Position numbers and translations under genes: made by a program. The notes under the pieces are model-generated. The model had not been told where the DNA came from, ran no database searches, and saw nothing but the letters and a program-made list of their open reading frames with translations. From contig CDRNVI010000021.1 in the NCBI GenBank assembly GCA_977017575.1, forward strand, positions 496,001 through 560,000: a stretch of 64,000 bases of DNA, read 5' to 3'. This DNA is from Paramoeba atlantica. Lineage: Eukaryota; Protista; Discosea. Positions 11,231-21,750 of the stretch are shown here, in pieces (the stretch's first letter is position 1; each line of letters opens with the position of its first letter).

Positions 11231-12604
11231 ATGCCGCGCGAGCTTCTCACACTTCAATGTGGCCAATGTGGAAATCAAATTGGTTCCGAGTTTTGGCGTC
11301 AACTGTGCCTGGAGCACGGCATCGGTCCAGATGGTATGCCGATGCCAAGCCCATCTAATACAGATATGGTGATTGATCACAAAGAGATTTTCTTTTATCC
11401 CGCGGACGACAACCATTATATTCCTCGTGCTATTCTTCTAGATTTAGAGCCCAGGGTAATTCACGGCGTGCAACGCAGTTCTCTTGGAGCTCTGTTTAAT
11501 CCAGAGAATATTTATATTCACCCAGAAGGGGGTGGTGCCGGAAACAACTGGGCAACCGGTTACGAATTGGCCGATACCGTCTCCGAACACCTATTTGACA
11601 TGATCGATCGCGAGGCTGAAAACACAGACAACTTCGAGGGTTTTCTCCTCACACACAGTATTGCCGGGGGTACCGGCAGTGGTCTCGGATCCTATCTCCT
11701 AGAACAAATCTCAGAGCGCTACCCGAAAAGACTTGTACAAACCTACAGCGTGTTTCCCAACCACAGCAAAACCGGGGAGTCGGACGTCATCGTACAGCCC
11801 TACAACAGTATCCTCACCCTCAAACGTCTCACCCAACACGCCGACGGGGTAATCGTCCTCGACAACACCGCCCTCAACCGCATCGCCACCGAAGTCCTCC
11901 ACCTTACCGCCCCCAAAGTCGACGAAATGAACCGCATCGTCTCCACCGTAATGGCCGCCACCACCGCTCCCCTCCGTTTCCCGGGGGTAGTCCCCACTGA
12001 CCTCTGGAGTCTCCTCGCCACCCTCGTCCCCCTCCCCCCCTGTCATTTCCTTATCCCCAGCTACGCCCCCCTCCACCTGGGTAAACCCAACCACCCCCCG
12101 GGGATTCAAAAAACTTCCGTACAGGATATTATCCGACGTGTGCTCTCCCCAGCCAACCACATGGCAGGCAACCCCTCCCGTCACACCAACCCCTCCGGAG
12201 CCTACACCGGGATGGTTCATCTCCTCCAAGGTGAGGTGGAGGCGTTGGAGATTTCCAATGCGATCTCCCGGATCAAAGCCACCAACCCCCCCGGCTTTGT
12301 CCCCTGGGTTCCCGGATCCCTCCACGTCGGGGTGAGTCCACCGAGCCCTTTCGTGGACTCCCCCTACAGGGTACGGGGGCTCATGCTGGGGAACCACACC
12401 GGGATGGGCGGGGTGCTGCAGCGTATGCTGCGGCACTTTGACCAGTTGTGGCACCGGGGGGTGTTTTTGGAGAATTATAAAAAACATGCCATGTTTCGGG
12501 AGGGGATGGAGGAGTTTGTGAGTTCGAGAGAGGTGGTGGAGGGGGTGGTGAGGGGGTATAAGGGGGTGGAGGAGACGATGGGGGGAGCGTTGGTGGGGCA
12601 ATGA
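11231..12604 (+). CDS. TUBG1: Gamma-tubulin
   Basis: [57 protein letters not shown] and [13 protein letters not shown] are diagnostic gamma-tubulin motifs. Confidence 0.97.
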   Translation: MPRELLTLQCGQCGNQIGSEFWRQLCLEHGIGPDGMPMPSPSNTDMVIDHKEIFFYPADDNHYIPRAILLDLEPRVIHGVQRSSLGALFNPENIYIHPEGGGAGNNWATGYELADTVSEHLFDMIDREAENTDNFEGFLLTHSIAGGTGSGLGSYLLEQISERYPKRLVQTYSVFPNHSKTGESDVIVQPYNSILTLKRLTQHADGVIVLDNTALNRIATEVLHLTAPKVDEMNRIVSTVMAATTAPLRFPGVVPTDLWSLLATLVPLPPCHFLIPSYAPLHLGKPNHPPGIQKTSVQDIIRRVLSPANHMAGNPSRHTNPSGAYTGMVHLLQGEVEALEISNAISRIKATNPPGFVPWVPGSLHVGVSPPSPFVDSPYRVRGLMLGNHTGMGGVLQRMLRHFDQLWHRGVFLENYKKHAMFREGMEEFVSSREVVEGVVRGYKGVEETMGGALVGQ

Positions 12605-12765
12605 AGAAAAGGGGGAAGGGGGGGGGGGTCAGGGGTTTGATGTACAAGGTATGATGGTTCTTTCACGTCGGTAGCGTTCTAGAAATTTGGGGTTGTTCAA
12701 GTAGAGTTGTGAAAAAGCAACATGGTGGGAAAATACTGTCTTGATTGCATTTTTAGAATGCATCT

Positions 12766-13347
12766 ATGAATCTACGCGTACTTGAGTGTTTGAGTTTATT
12801 AGACTTAATACTCACAATAACGACAATGACAGATCCAGAGTTAGTTGATCACGCAGCAAAGTGGGAAACGCAATGGAAAGATATGCAGCACTCGGACGAC
12901 CTATGGACAGCTCGTTTCGCACAATTTTACGGGATTAGCATTGGGATTTTACTCACTGGAATACACTTGTATTTTTTTCATACTCAAGAAAGCTTTGGGC
13001 ATCATCGAGTGTCGCCGATGTTTCTTTGCATTGCACATGGAGTTACTGTTCTTACGTGCATTGCTTTGGCCTTATACGTTGTCTTCCCGAAATTACAAGA
13101 AGAAAGCGAATGTATTGTGTTACTTGCCGTCGGCTGCGCCGCACACACCACGCTTTGGTTGTTTTACACTTTTTACCTTCACGGAATCGCAACTTTGAGA
13201 CTCCCGCAAACGCTTGTGGCTTTCTGGCTTCCCATATTAGGCATTTTGACCGTTCACGTGATACAAAATAACCGATTAGTAAAATCATCAATGACGGAAC
13301 TAGGCACTTTATTTCCTCAATCAGAATCACACATGAAGAGCGCATAA
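12766..13347 (+). CDS. Hypothetical multi-pass membrane protein (about 4 TM segments)
   Basis: 193-aa ATG-initiated ORF with four hydrophobic stretches, co-oriented with the cluster; no family recognised. Confidence 0.55.
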   Translation: MNLRVLECLSLLDLILTITTMTDPELVDHAAKWETQWKDMQHSDDLWTARFAQFYGISIGILLTGIHLYFFHTQESFGHHRVSPMFLCIAHGVTVLTCIALALYVVFPKLQEESECIVLLAVGCAAHTTLWLFYTFYLHGIATLRLPQTLVAFWLPILGILTVHVIQNNRLVKSSMTELGTLFPQSESHMKSA

Positions 13348-13581
13348 ATTCTCGCAAGAGGTCCCTCTGCGGCAGTTTGCCCATCCATGTAAGTGCTTTT
13401 ATAGTGTTCAAAGCGCATAAGAGTCGTATGCACGTGTCTGGTTTGTGGCAATTAATCTGTATTGGATTATACAAAGATGTTCATAGGGAACGGTCAAACT
13501 GTATGTGTGTGAAAGTGGAAAACGTCTCCAGTGGGGCTAAACGTACGGGAACACTTGTAATGCGTATAGTATCCTGTATTA

Positions 13582-14375
13582 CAGGGGGTGGCACGAAAAT
13601 ATGGGGGGGGGTCAAAAATCGTATAAATTGTCCAATTTTGGAAAGTAGCACCGCATTCGAGAGCTCTCGCAGTGATACGTGTCACCTGCTATTGCGTTTC
13701 CCTTGTTTTTAATTTTTTTAATTTTGGACAAAAAAATACGTTTTCGGAACTTGCAATTTTCTTCAATTTCATTGATTTTTTCGGTATTTTAGGTATTTTC
13801 CCTCTTTTTCTTATCTTTCCGCCGCGTTATGCCACAGAAATGGGCTTGTTCCAATAGCAAGGGTGCACAGCACCGTGATCGGCATTGTTAGTCCTCGTGG
13901 ACAGCTTAAGGTCACCCACCGCACACTTTTAGTAAAGAAGTATGAAGAAACGGGGTCCTTTTCTGCCTTTATGTCCCACAAGCTCATTATGCCCCACAAA
14001 TTGGTCAGAATTGCGATCGGCGATCGCATCTGGATTGAATTGTTGAAAGGTGAACAGAACAAAATATTTTTAAACACTTTGAGGACTGTTCCAACTCGTA
14101 TTAAGATTACATTACAAAAAAATGAAGGTCGTGTATATTATGAAGGTCGTGTATATAATGAAGGTTGTGTATATTAAATGACATATTTTTCATAATTTCA
14201 AACTTGCAATTGCTGTTTTCAGCCCCTTTGGCATAGGGACCTGCCCCCCTGGATACGGGAAACGCAATAGCAGGTGACACGTATCTCTGCGAAAGCTCTC
14301 GAATGCGGTGCTATTTTCCAAAATTGTACAAGTTATAAAAATTTTGACCCCCCCATATTTTCGTGCCACCCCCTG
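13582..14375 (+). mobile_element. Internally deleted non-autonomous Tc1/mariner-like element (794 bp)
   Basis: ~120-bp imperfect TIRs starting CAGGGGGTGGCACGAAAATATGGGG (13582.. and ..14375); TA at 13580-13581 and 14376-14377. The interior fuses transposase N-terminal (SPRGQLKVTHRTLLVKKYEETGSFSA) and C-terminal (LLKGEQNKIFLNTLRTVPTRIKI) fragments homologous to the element at 19510-21071. Confidence 0.92.
14122..14175. repeat. 18-bp tandem repeat x3 (ATGAAGGTCGTGTATATT) inside the deleted Tc1 element
   Basis: Units start at 14122, 14140 and 14158. Confidence 0.85.
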
Positions 14376-14566
14376 TATGTGTACGTTTTCTCACTTTTAC
14401 CAATTTCTCTCCGGCTTTCTTGGTTGTGTAAATATTAAGATACATCGCACGTTAAATGTAGTTTTGGAAACAAAATTGGATGTGCAATATTATAAACTAT
14501 ATTTACTACGCATTATGTGTGTCCACGTACTAAAACTTATGAACAATTTTCCTAAAAATTCATCAT

Positions 14567-15415
14567 ATGCACACCATGACAGATGCAAAGTCATCTCGAT
14601 CTCAAGAAAGTTGTGTCGAGAGTTCTGTAACTCCCAGCAGTATCAACAAGTCAAAGTTGCATGCAATTTATGTTCCCAACACTGTACATACCACTTATGC
14701 GTCCGTACCTTGGTATGTGGGTAAAGGCACCGACTCTTCTCTACGACATCATAAAATGCCTGAAAAGCAAAAAAACGTGCAGGAAGGTCAGAGGAATTAT
14801 TTTCTGAAATCAAATAAACCAAAGCGTTGGCGTCCTGGGTGTTGCTCGAATTGTGGAGCACCCGGTCACAACTCACGAGAGTGCGTGGAACCCCCACGAA
14901 AAATTGGAGCAAAATATACGGATGCAAACTTGCAACGTGGCCAACGTGTGCAAAAAAATGAGCATCTCACTTTTGAAACTAAACATGATCGTTGGACTGG
15001 AGCTTCGGTTGACGAAGTCGTTAAGCCCTTGCTTTCTGAAAATTCAAAATATCACACAAACATTTTAAACAAGAGAAAAATAGAAGATAAAATCAACTTT
15101 TCAGGTAGAGAGGACTCCGATTCTTTGAAGCAACCCGCCTCAGCGTCCCTTTCCTTGCGAGATTGTTCCGATCTTCCTATTTATATGACAGACAATTTGG
15201 TCCAATATGATCCAAGAACTCACGCCGCACACACTAGTGTGTTCTCCGACAGCATAATTGGGGATGATGAGCGAGTCGAGAAGGTCCAAGAGATGAAAGA
15301 AAAAGTTGAAGCTATCGAACAAATGCAGCTTATGGGGCGTAGTGGTGCAATGCCTTCTCAATTAAAGGACCTCATGCAAAATCAAAATACAGATATGAAC
15401 CAAAATGGTGGGTGA
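14567..15415 (+). CDS. SLU7: Pre-mRNA splicing factor SLU7
   Basis: VPWY...LRHH, zinc knuckle CSNCGAPGHNSRECVEPPRKIGAKYT, KHDRWTG and YDPRTH match the SLU7 motif order. Confidence 0.88.
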   Translation: MHTMTDAKSSRSQESCVESSVTPSSINKSKLHAIYVPNTVHTTYASVPWYVGKGTDSSLRHHKMPEKQKNVQEGQRNYFLKSNKPKRWRPGCCSNCGAPGHNSRECVEPPRKIGAKYTDANLQRGQRVQKNEHLTFETKHDRWTGASVDEVVKPLLSENSKYHTNILNKRKIEDKINFSGREDSDSLKQPASASLSLRDCSDLPIYMTDNLVQYDPRTHAAHTSVFSDSIIGDDERVEKVQEMKEKVEAIEQMQLMGRSGAMPSQLKDLMQNQNTDMNQNGG

Positions 15416-15672
15416 ATATACAGTGATTGATGGCACGTCTTCCGACCAAAAGATATCGAGTTACGGGCAGCGTTACCTCAAGTTTTCTCATAGATTCCCT
15501 TTATCGATGCTACTTCCTTTGAAAGATCTTATAGGGGACGTAGATTTCTAATATACAGTAGATAAATTGTAGATTATTTGTAGATAAATCTAAGTAGAAG
15601 CTTAAATTTTAATTGGGGGCTTCGTATTTCTACTATTCTTACATTTTGTTTTGAGTATTTTTTGCACTCATA

Positions 15673-16701
15673 ATGCCACTAGATATTTCGCTACGCTTTC
15701 TTCGAAGTGTAGAATTTAGTGTAGAGCATACCCAGGATTTTAAATCTATTCTTGATCGGAGACATACCACAAGTACTGAGTACTCACTGCCCCAGAAAAC
15801 AGACATAGAGCGCATCGTAACACATGTTCAGAATAGAGAATACCCATTCATTGATCCTAAATTTTTCAAAGATTTTTCTGCCAAAAGGATCGCCTCTCTT
15901 TTGATTGACGTAAACCAATTATTGAACTCTCCGGAGCTCGACAGCCCTGCTTTTCTTGTGTTTTTGGCTTTGCAACGACTAATACAAATCAAAACGCAGT
16001 TTTACTCGGGGTCCACATTTTTCCCGAAAGCGGAATCCAGATTTTTAGATTTACGAGAGTTATTATCGAAACACAGTTTTTTATCCTCCTGTTTTTACTC
16101 ATCAAAAAAGATGCGCTCAATCGGGATTTCCGCCGAAATTCCTAAGCAGTGCCTGGAACGCGAGCCACGAAATATCACACGAAAGGAAGTACTCCCGTGC
16201 GACTTGCAAGAAAAACCGATACGAGCCGTGTGCCCTTTCTTTTTAACCTCCGATGCGTTTTCAATGCCGGGGACAGCGAAACGCCCTCGAGTAGATCCGA
16301 GAAGTCTTTTGCGCCCTGTGGCTCGATATTACGTCAATAATAAACTTGCTTTTGAGCAATGCACAAGCATTCTCATTTTGGGAAGGGGGACACAAAGGAA
16401 AGAGACAAGTGTTCAACATCGTGATTCCAACGACGTAGTATCGCTATCTTTCTTTGACCTTACGTCGAAAAGCGTATCGCAGGCAAATCTTGAAGAGCGC
16501 ACGCTGAACTTGAAACTAATATCGCGCTTTCATGCTTGTGTGTACTATGACGAAATCAAAAAAGAGTTCTGGGTCATAAATTACGGAAAATCGGGCGTTT
16601 TTGTTGACAATAGGAGGTACACTATGGAAACTCTTCAGTTAACTAATGACATGCAATTTTCTATTGGAAGTGTCTGCATTCGTATTGAAATTAGATCGTA
16701 A
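15673..16701 (+). CDS. C-terminal FHA-domain protein (MCRS1-like)
   Basis: FHA core ILGRG...ISRFHA...FWVINYGKSGVFVD at the C-terminus. Confidence 0.7.
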   Translation: MPLDISLRFLRSVEFSVEHTQDFKSILDRRHTTSTEYSLPQKTDIERIVTHVQNREYPFIDPKFFKDFSAKRIASLLIDVNQLLNSPELDSPAFLVFLALQRLIQIKTQFYSGSTFFPKAESRFLDLRELLSKHSFLSSCFYSSKKMRSIGISAEIPKQCLEREPRNITRKEVLPCDLQEKPIRAVCPFFLTSDAFSMPGTAKRPRVDPRSLLRPVARYYVNNKLAFEQCTSILILGRGTQRKETSVQHRDSNDVVSLSFFDLTSKSVSQANLEERTLNLKLISRFHACVYYDEIKKEFWVINYGKSGVFVDNRRYTMETLQLTNDMQFSIGSVCIRIEIRS

Positions 16702-17086
16702 AATGAACTATGCGCTTTTTTTCTGCGTCTGTTACTTTCTTGATTTTCAATCCCTGTCTGCAGGTTCTTTTTTAAGTTATTTTGCCCGATTACTTGTTTC
16801 ATGTATCATAGCACTACTCGAAGAATAGAATTCTGAGTAGTTACTACGTAGGACGAGATTCATCACTTCGTCATTTCAGCTTTGGAACCAAGGAAATTGA
16901 TAAGTCTCAATTTGTACTGGCTCGTCTATGGGTGACAGCAATACAGGAACAAAAATATTATTCGGTGAAATACGGTTTTTTTGTTTATAGAGGAGAAGTT
17001 GAGTAGAGGAAATGCTTCCTTGAATCCTTTTTAATAAAAGGTACAAGACTTATATGGATTGTAGTGGTTTTTCCATCGCATGATCA

Positions 17087-18586
17087 ATGAGACTTGCAGT
17101 ATGGTGGCTGATTGCTTCTTATCTTCTTCAAATGCTAGTTGTAGCGCATACTTTGGGACTTTCAGAATACTTTTCTTGCCTTACTAGCCCAAAAGAAATT
17201 TCAGTCGAAACTGCTGTTATTGAATCATCTGAACATGTGCTTTCTGAACATGGAATCCGGTTTTCTTCACGCGTCACGCAACTTTGGAACAATCTGCTCT
17301 ACCCACGTAAACGAAATGAAAAGAGCGTTCTACACTATCTGAATCCAATACGTACAAATACTACTTATCTTGAAACTTCGTCAGAAAATGTGATACACAA
17401 CTTAACGAAAGATGCTCGGCTTATTTTTCCTGAGGTATATAGATCATTCGCCATAAATACTAGAAGTAATCCGATCTCTTCGATTCATCTATGCGTCAAT
17501 TTTTTCGCAACATCTCCAGAAAATCAAGGAGAGAAAATTGCTGTAGGAGCACTGGAGGCGTACGTGGCACGTGGACACATTGCCAAAAATGTTGCCTTTA
17601 TTACACCATATGTAGAAAGTGTGTTGGCGCAGACAAAGAACTTTCTATCTTTAATATTGCCAGTCACGTGGGACTACGAAACTCAATTTATTTCCGCACA
17701 GTGTTTCTCAGCTTTGGTAAATACAAAAGCATTGTTCCACCCTCCTCTGTCCTCGTATGCATATACGTGGAAGGAATTGTTTTCTAAGAACATAACGAAT
17801 TGCATACGTGCACTAAATCAACAAAGTTCTTGCGCCAATCTGAAATCGCATCCACTATGCCAGGACAACGCTTCCTCATATTCGCCTAGTATGAGAAAAA
17901 TATACTTAAACTTTGTAGTGTTGCCATTGAGGTACATGCCATTAGCTTGGCATCCTTCCATGAATACATCAAATGAAAGATTTACTCCTTGTGCTGCATT
18001 CGGAGTCGAGGGTCTTATGTGTTACCTTCCGGAAACTTCAATTTTGCGCGACTTAAATCGTACTTCCCTTCAAATGCCTGCGAATTCTTCTCTTCCTTCG
18101 TGTAATATTTATTCAACGATTTTACAAGCGTATCTTTGTGCTATGTTGGGTTTATCCTGTTCAAAGAAGAAACGGGAATTGTCGTCACAAAGCGACGAAA
18201 ATATATTAACACACCTTGTAGAATCTATGCATCAAGCAACTGCTACTAACCAAGAAAAGATACGGGACATGGTATTGTTTCAGGGATCAATCACCCCTCC
18301 TAATGATTTTATATCGTCTTGCATTGCACTTCGGGACTGCTTAAGCAAGAATTCATCAACTGCATCAGATGTTAGACATTGCTATCTAAAAAGTGAAGCT
18401 CTACTGAAGCACGAATTCCTATATACGAGTATGAAGGAAGATATTCCGCAAGCCATAGTTGCACTGTCCCCATTGCTCATTCCAATACTGCTCTGTATTC
18501 TTTCTGGATGGATTCGACCAACTTTTAAGAATCATCGAAGTCATGTGCTCAACAGTGGATCGAAAACAACAAGTTCAGCAAGTTAA
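17087..18586 (+). CDS. Membrane protein with N-terminal signal/TM and C-terminal TM; possible GPI-transamidase PIG-S/TTA1-like subunit
   Basis: Hydrophobic N-terminus; the C-terminal KSEALLKHEFLY...AIVALSPLLIPILL loosely resembles the PIG-S terminus. The family call is tentative. Confidence 0.4.
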   Translation: MRLAVWWLIASYLLQMLVVAHTLGLSEYFSCLTSPKEISVETAVIESSEHVLSEHGIRFSSRVTQLWNNLLYPRKRNEKSVLHYLNPIRTNTTYLETSSENVIHNLTKDARLIFPEVYRSFAINTRSNPISSIHLCVNFFATSPENQGEKIAVGALEAYVARGHIAKNVAFITPYVESVLAQTKNFLSLILPVTWDYETQFISAQCFSALVNTKALFHPPLSSYAYTWKELFSKNITNCIRALNQQSSCANLKSHPLCQDNASSYSPSMRKIYLNFVVLPLRYMPLAWHPSMNTSNERFTPCAAFGVEGLMCYLPETSILRDLNRTSLQMPANSSLPSCNIYSTILQAYLCAMLGLSCSKKKRELSSQSDENILTHLVESMHQATATNQEKIRDMVLFQGSITPPNDFISSCIALRDCLSKNSSTASDVRHCYLKSEALLKHEFLYTSMKEDIPQAIVALSPLLIPILLCILSGWIRPTFKNHRSHVLNSGSKTTSSAS

Positions 18587-18975
18587 ACCATGGGCAGCAA
18601 TACTCTCCGCAAACTATGCGTAGGAGGCTTACTCCGCCAATACAGTGGTCGTCACCAATCTGAGAGTATGAAAATGAGAATGACTCACACAATAATGGAA
18701 AATTATCATGTCAACGTTCAACTAAAACAAGGCCCTGAAAATGAGAATGGATCAAAAGTGATGTTGTGCAATCTGGGCTTCGAAAAGTAAACATCCGCAC
18801 GAAAATTCAGCTACTAGTGGTGGAGGTGATGACCCTGCCGGAGGGGTGACGATCTTTTTGGCGGGTCTCTGGATCGAAATCTCAACGTCCGGGAATTATG
18901 GTTTTTAAAGGAATTAGTAAAGTCGCAGGTAAAATCAGTATCTAAAAATACATGTATAGGTACTAAAAGAACAAA

Positions 18976-19037
18976 TAAAGTTCCTTATGATAAAGTACCT
19001 AAACGTATAATAAAGTACCTAAACGTATGATAAAGTA
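18976..19037. repeat. 20-bp tandem repeat (TAAAGTACCTAAACGTATRA, about 2.5 copies)
   Basis: Units at 18991, 19011 and 19031 (partial), with a degenerate copy from 18976. Confidence 0.75.
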
Positions 19038-19509
19038 ATAAACTAGTCCTACTTTCTTTCCGAAACTTAGCAGCAGAACTTTAGTTAATTTGTAATTTTG
19101 AAATCCTTTCTACTTCGTCTTCCCCCTCTTCAACTTCAGATTCTGAGTCACTCACCCAGATGAAGTCTTCAACGTCGTCCTTTGACTCCAGCAAGAAATT
19201 AGGCGCTGTAGGAAATTGAATTCCTTCGTCGGGGCTGCGTGCGGAGCTATACTTCTTCTTTCCTATCCAGTTTCCCGAATTTTCATAATACTCATCGCTC
19301 TCCCAGCATGACTTTACATACCTTTGCGGGTCCCCTGGGTCCGGACCCACCCGGGTCCATGAACCCGGGTCCTCGGACCCACGGACCCACCATAGAGACA
19401 TACCATTTCTCATATCCAGTATGGAGCGTCGGTGAAGTAATTGAAGGATCGCTGCAGTATGGGGATAGCACATGTGCTACTGCATGCGCATTGTGCAACG
19501 ATTCACATA

Positions 19510-21071
19510 CAGGGGGATGCACGAAAATATGGGGGGGTCAAAATTCTTATAACTCGGCCAATTTTGGAAAATAATAGCGCATTCGAGAGCTCTCCCAGAG
19601 TTACGTGTCATGTGATATTACGTTTTATGTAGTTTCCAGGTATATGCATTCTCCTGAATACCGTAAATAGGGCAACTGCAAGTTTTTTTTTTGGTAAAAA
19701 AGTTAGTATCCACAATTTCCACCTTTTTCTCCAACACAATTTTCACACGCGTTGGAACACTCTTTAAAGTTCTCAAAAATACATCGTATTGCTCCCCCTT
19801 TAATTTTTCGACCCCACAAGCGATCGCTCGCCTCAAATCTTCACGATTCGTTGGACAAAGCGCGTTTTTATGCTCGTCCATTATTCCTCAAATGTTTTCT
19901 ATTGGGTTTAAATCTGTGGATTTGGGTGGCCAACACAACATCTTCACTCCTTCATCATTAAAGGCACGACGAGTGCTATTGTGAATTGGACAATTATCCA
20001 TAGCAACGACTGCCCCCCGATGTCTTCGTAAAAAAGATAAGAAACCGTTACGTTGTAGCATAGTTTTTTTGAAAAGGTGCCCATTCACTGAAATTTTATT
20101 ACCCTGTTGATCTTTGTTGGGGAATTCATGAAAAAAGAAACCTAGCTTAATGCTGACCCCCATCCACACCATAATACCATCACCCCCCAACCACTTTTCC
20201 CGCTCACCGGCGTGCTCCTTTGGGGGGTCTGAACGACGGCAAAGGTAGGTAATTTTGCGGCTGCCCCCGCAAGTAAATTTTTTCTCGTCTGTCCAGACGA
20301 TAGCCTCAAGCTGAGCAGGGGTCCATGTTGCCAACTCCTGGCATAGCTCTACTCGTTTCCTTTTCTGCTCCTTTGTGAGTGTAGGTTCCGGGGGACTGTG
20401 CGGGATATGATACCCTCCTTCTTGAGGGAACGTATCAGAGCGCGACGGGAGCATATGAAACCCTCTCCTACAAGAAGGTTCAGAAGGTGACCCCAAGAAG
20501 CGATACCGTAGGTTTCATTCCTTGTTGCTTGATCAATAAGATTGAGTGCTCGCTTCAACAGAGGGTCAGATATTACAGGAGATTGGCGAGTTTTATAGGG
20601 AGACCTATCGACCTCACCAGTCTCTTCGTAACGCTGCACCCAACGCTTGACAGTGTCCTCGTGACACCTAAACGTCTTGGCGACAGCTGAAAAAGAATTT
20701 GTTTCCTCAAATTTTTTAACCAAAAGTATCCTATGAGATGCTTTAAGTTGCCCACGAGGCGAATAGCAAAATCTACTCCGTTTCTGCACCTTTTTATTAT
20801 TCGAATATGACCTTTTCTGGGGCATGGCAGTGTAATAGGATCAAAAAAGTCGATAAATTCACAAAAAAAAGGTATTTTATTCAAAAAACTGCAGAATTCT
20901 GCACTTTGAAAAATCATAATTTTTTTAATTTTTTTAAAAAATTAAAAAATGCGGGAAACACATTATCACATGACACGTAACTCTGCGAGAGCTCTCGAAT
21001 GCGCTATTATTTTCCAAAATTGGCCGAGTTATAAGAATTTTGACCCCCCCATATTTTCGTGCACCCCCCTG
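19510..21071 (-). mobile_element. Full-length Tc1/mariner-superfamily transposon (1562 bp) nested inside the hAT-like element
   Basis: 108-bp TIRs (19510-19617 and 20964-21071) with 2 mismatches; TA duplication at 19508-19509 and 21072-21073; internal transposase on the minus strand. Confidence 0.95.
19618..20825 (-). pseudogene. Tc1-like DDE transposase, inactivated by one frameshift (near 20390) and one TGA (19888-19890)
   Basis: HTH-like AVAKTFRCHEDTVKRWVQRYEETG; PTLTKEQKRKRVELC; IVWTDEKKF; IMVWMGVS; AMDNCPIH; WPPKSTDLNPIENI*GIMD; LKSVPTRVKIVLEKK. Confidence 0.9.
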
Positions 21072-21394
21072 TATGTTACACTCATTAGGGCTCATAGTGC
21101 GAAAAAAGGCGTCACACGTGCACTCTTGGACTGGCCCGTGGTTTAAGGGGAAACGGACACCTTGGTGCCCCGGGCTACTAGTTAGAGATGCTAGAGATAA
21201 TTTGTTCCTGCACATGAAGAGATGTGTATCATTCTCGTTGCCTTCTTATTGCGTTGATGGACATGAAGTTCGATTAAAGTACAATTTTTAAAAAATTGTC
21301 TTTGTAGAATGATGCGATATTTGGGCTATCTTTTGGCTATACTCCTTGTACATCGTACTATATTTTCTTAGTATATAATACGTGCATGATAAAA

Positions 21395-21735
21395 TTGGGT
21401 ATGGCTCGACACCGAGAAAAACCACAGAAATTCTCAGATAGGACACAAAATGAAACGGAGCTGTGGACGCTGAATGTATTTCAACAAAAGAAACCTTATT
21501 ACAAATCCTCTTACTATGAAGTTTGGGTATGGCTCGACACCGAGAAAAACCACAGAAAATCTCGGATAGGACACAAAAAGAAACGGAGCTGTGGACGCTG
21601 CATAACAATAAAAGAAACTTTATAACAAACCCTCTTACTATGAAGCTTGAGTATGGCTCGACACCGAGAGAAAGCACCGAAATTTTCAAAAAAAAACAGA
21701 GCTGTGGACGCTGAATATGTTCTACCCTCTTACTA
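21395..21735. repeat. Three diverged ~124-128-bp tandem repeats inside the hAT-like element
   Basis: Core ATGGCTCGACACCGAG at 21401, 21529 and 21653; GAGCTGTGGACGCTG and CCTCTTACTATG recur in each unit. Confidence 0.9.
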
Positions 21736-21750
21736 TGGAGTATTGAAGTA

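Noticed and set aside
11711-12666. Long antisense and alternative-frame ORFs over gamma-tubulin (for example 11711..12601 -, 296 aa)
   Set aside because: They are shadows of the extreme C/G skew, which depletes stop codons; the peptides are low-complexity with no motifs.
18590-18790. 66-aa ORF directly after the PIG-S-like gene
   Set aside because: Short, no motif, and only 3 bp from the upstream stop, leaving no room for trans-splicing signals.
21395-21735. CRISPR-like appearance of recurring ATGGCTCGACACCGAG motifs
   Set aside because: The intervening sequences are homologous to each other rather than unique spacers, the period is about 125 bp, the context is eukaryotic, and no cas genes are present.
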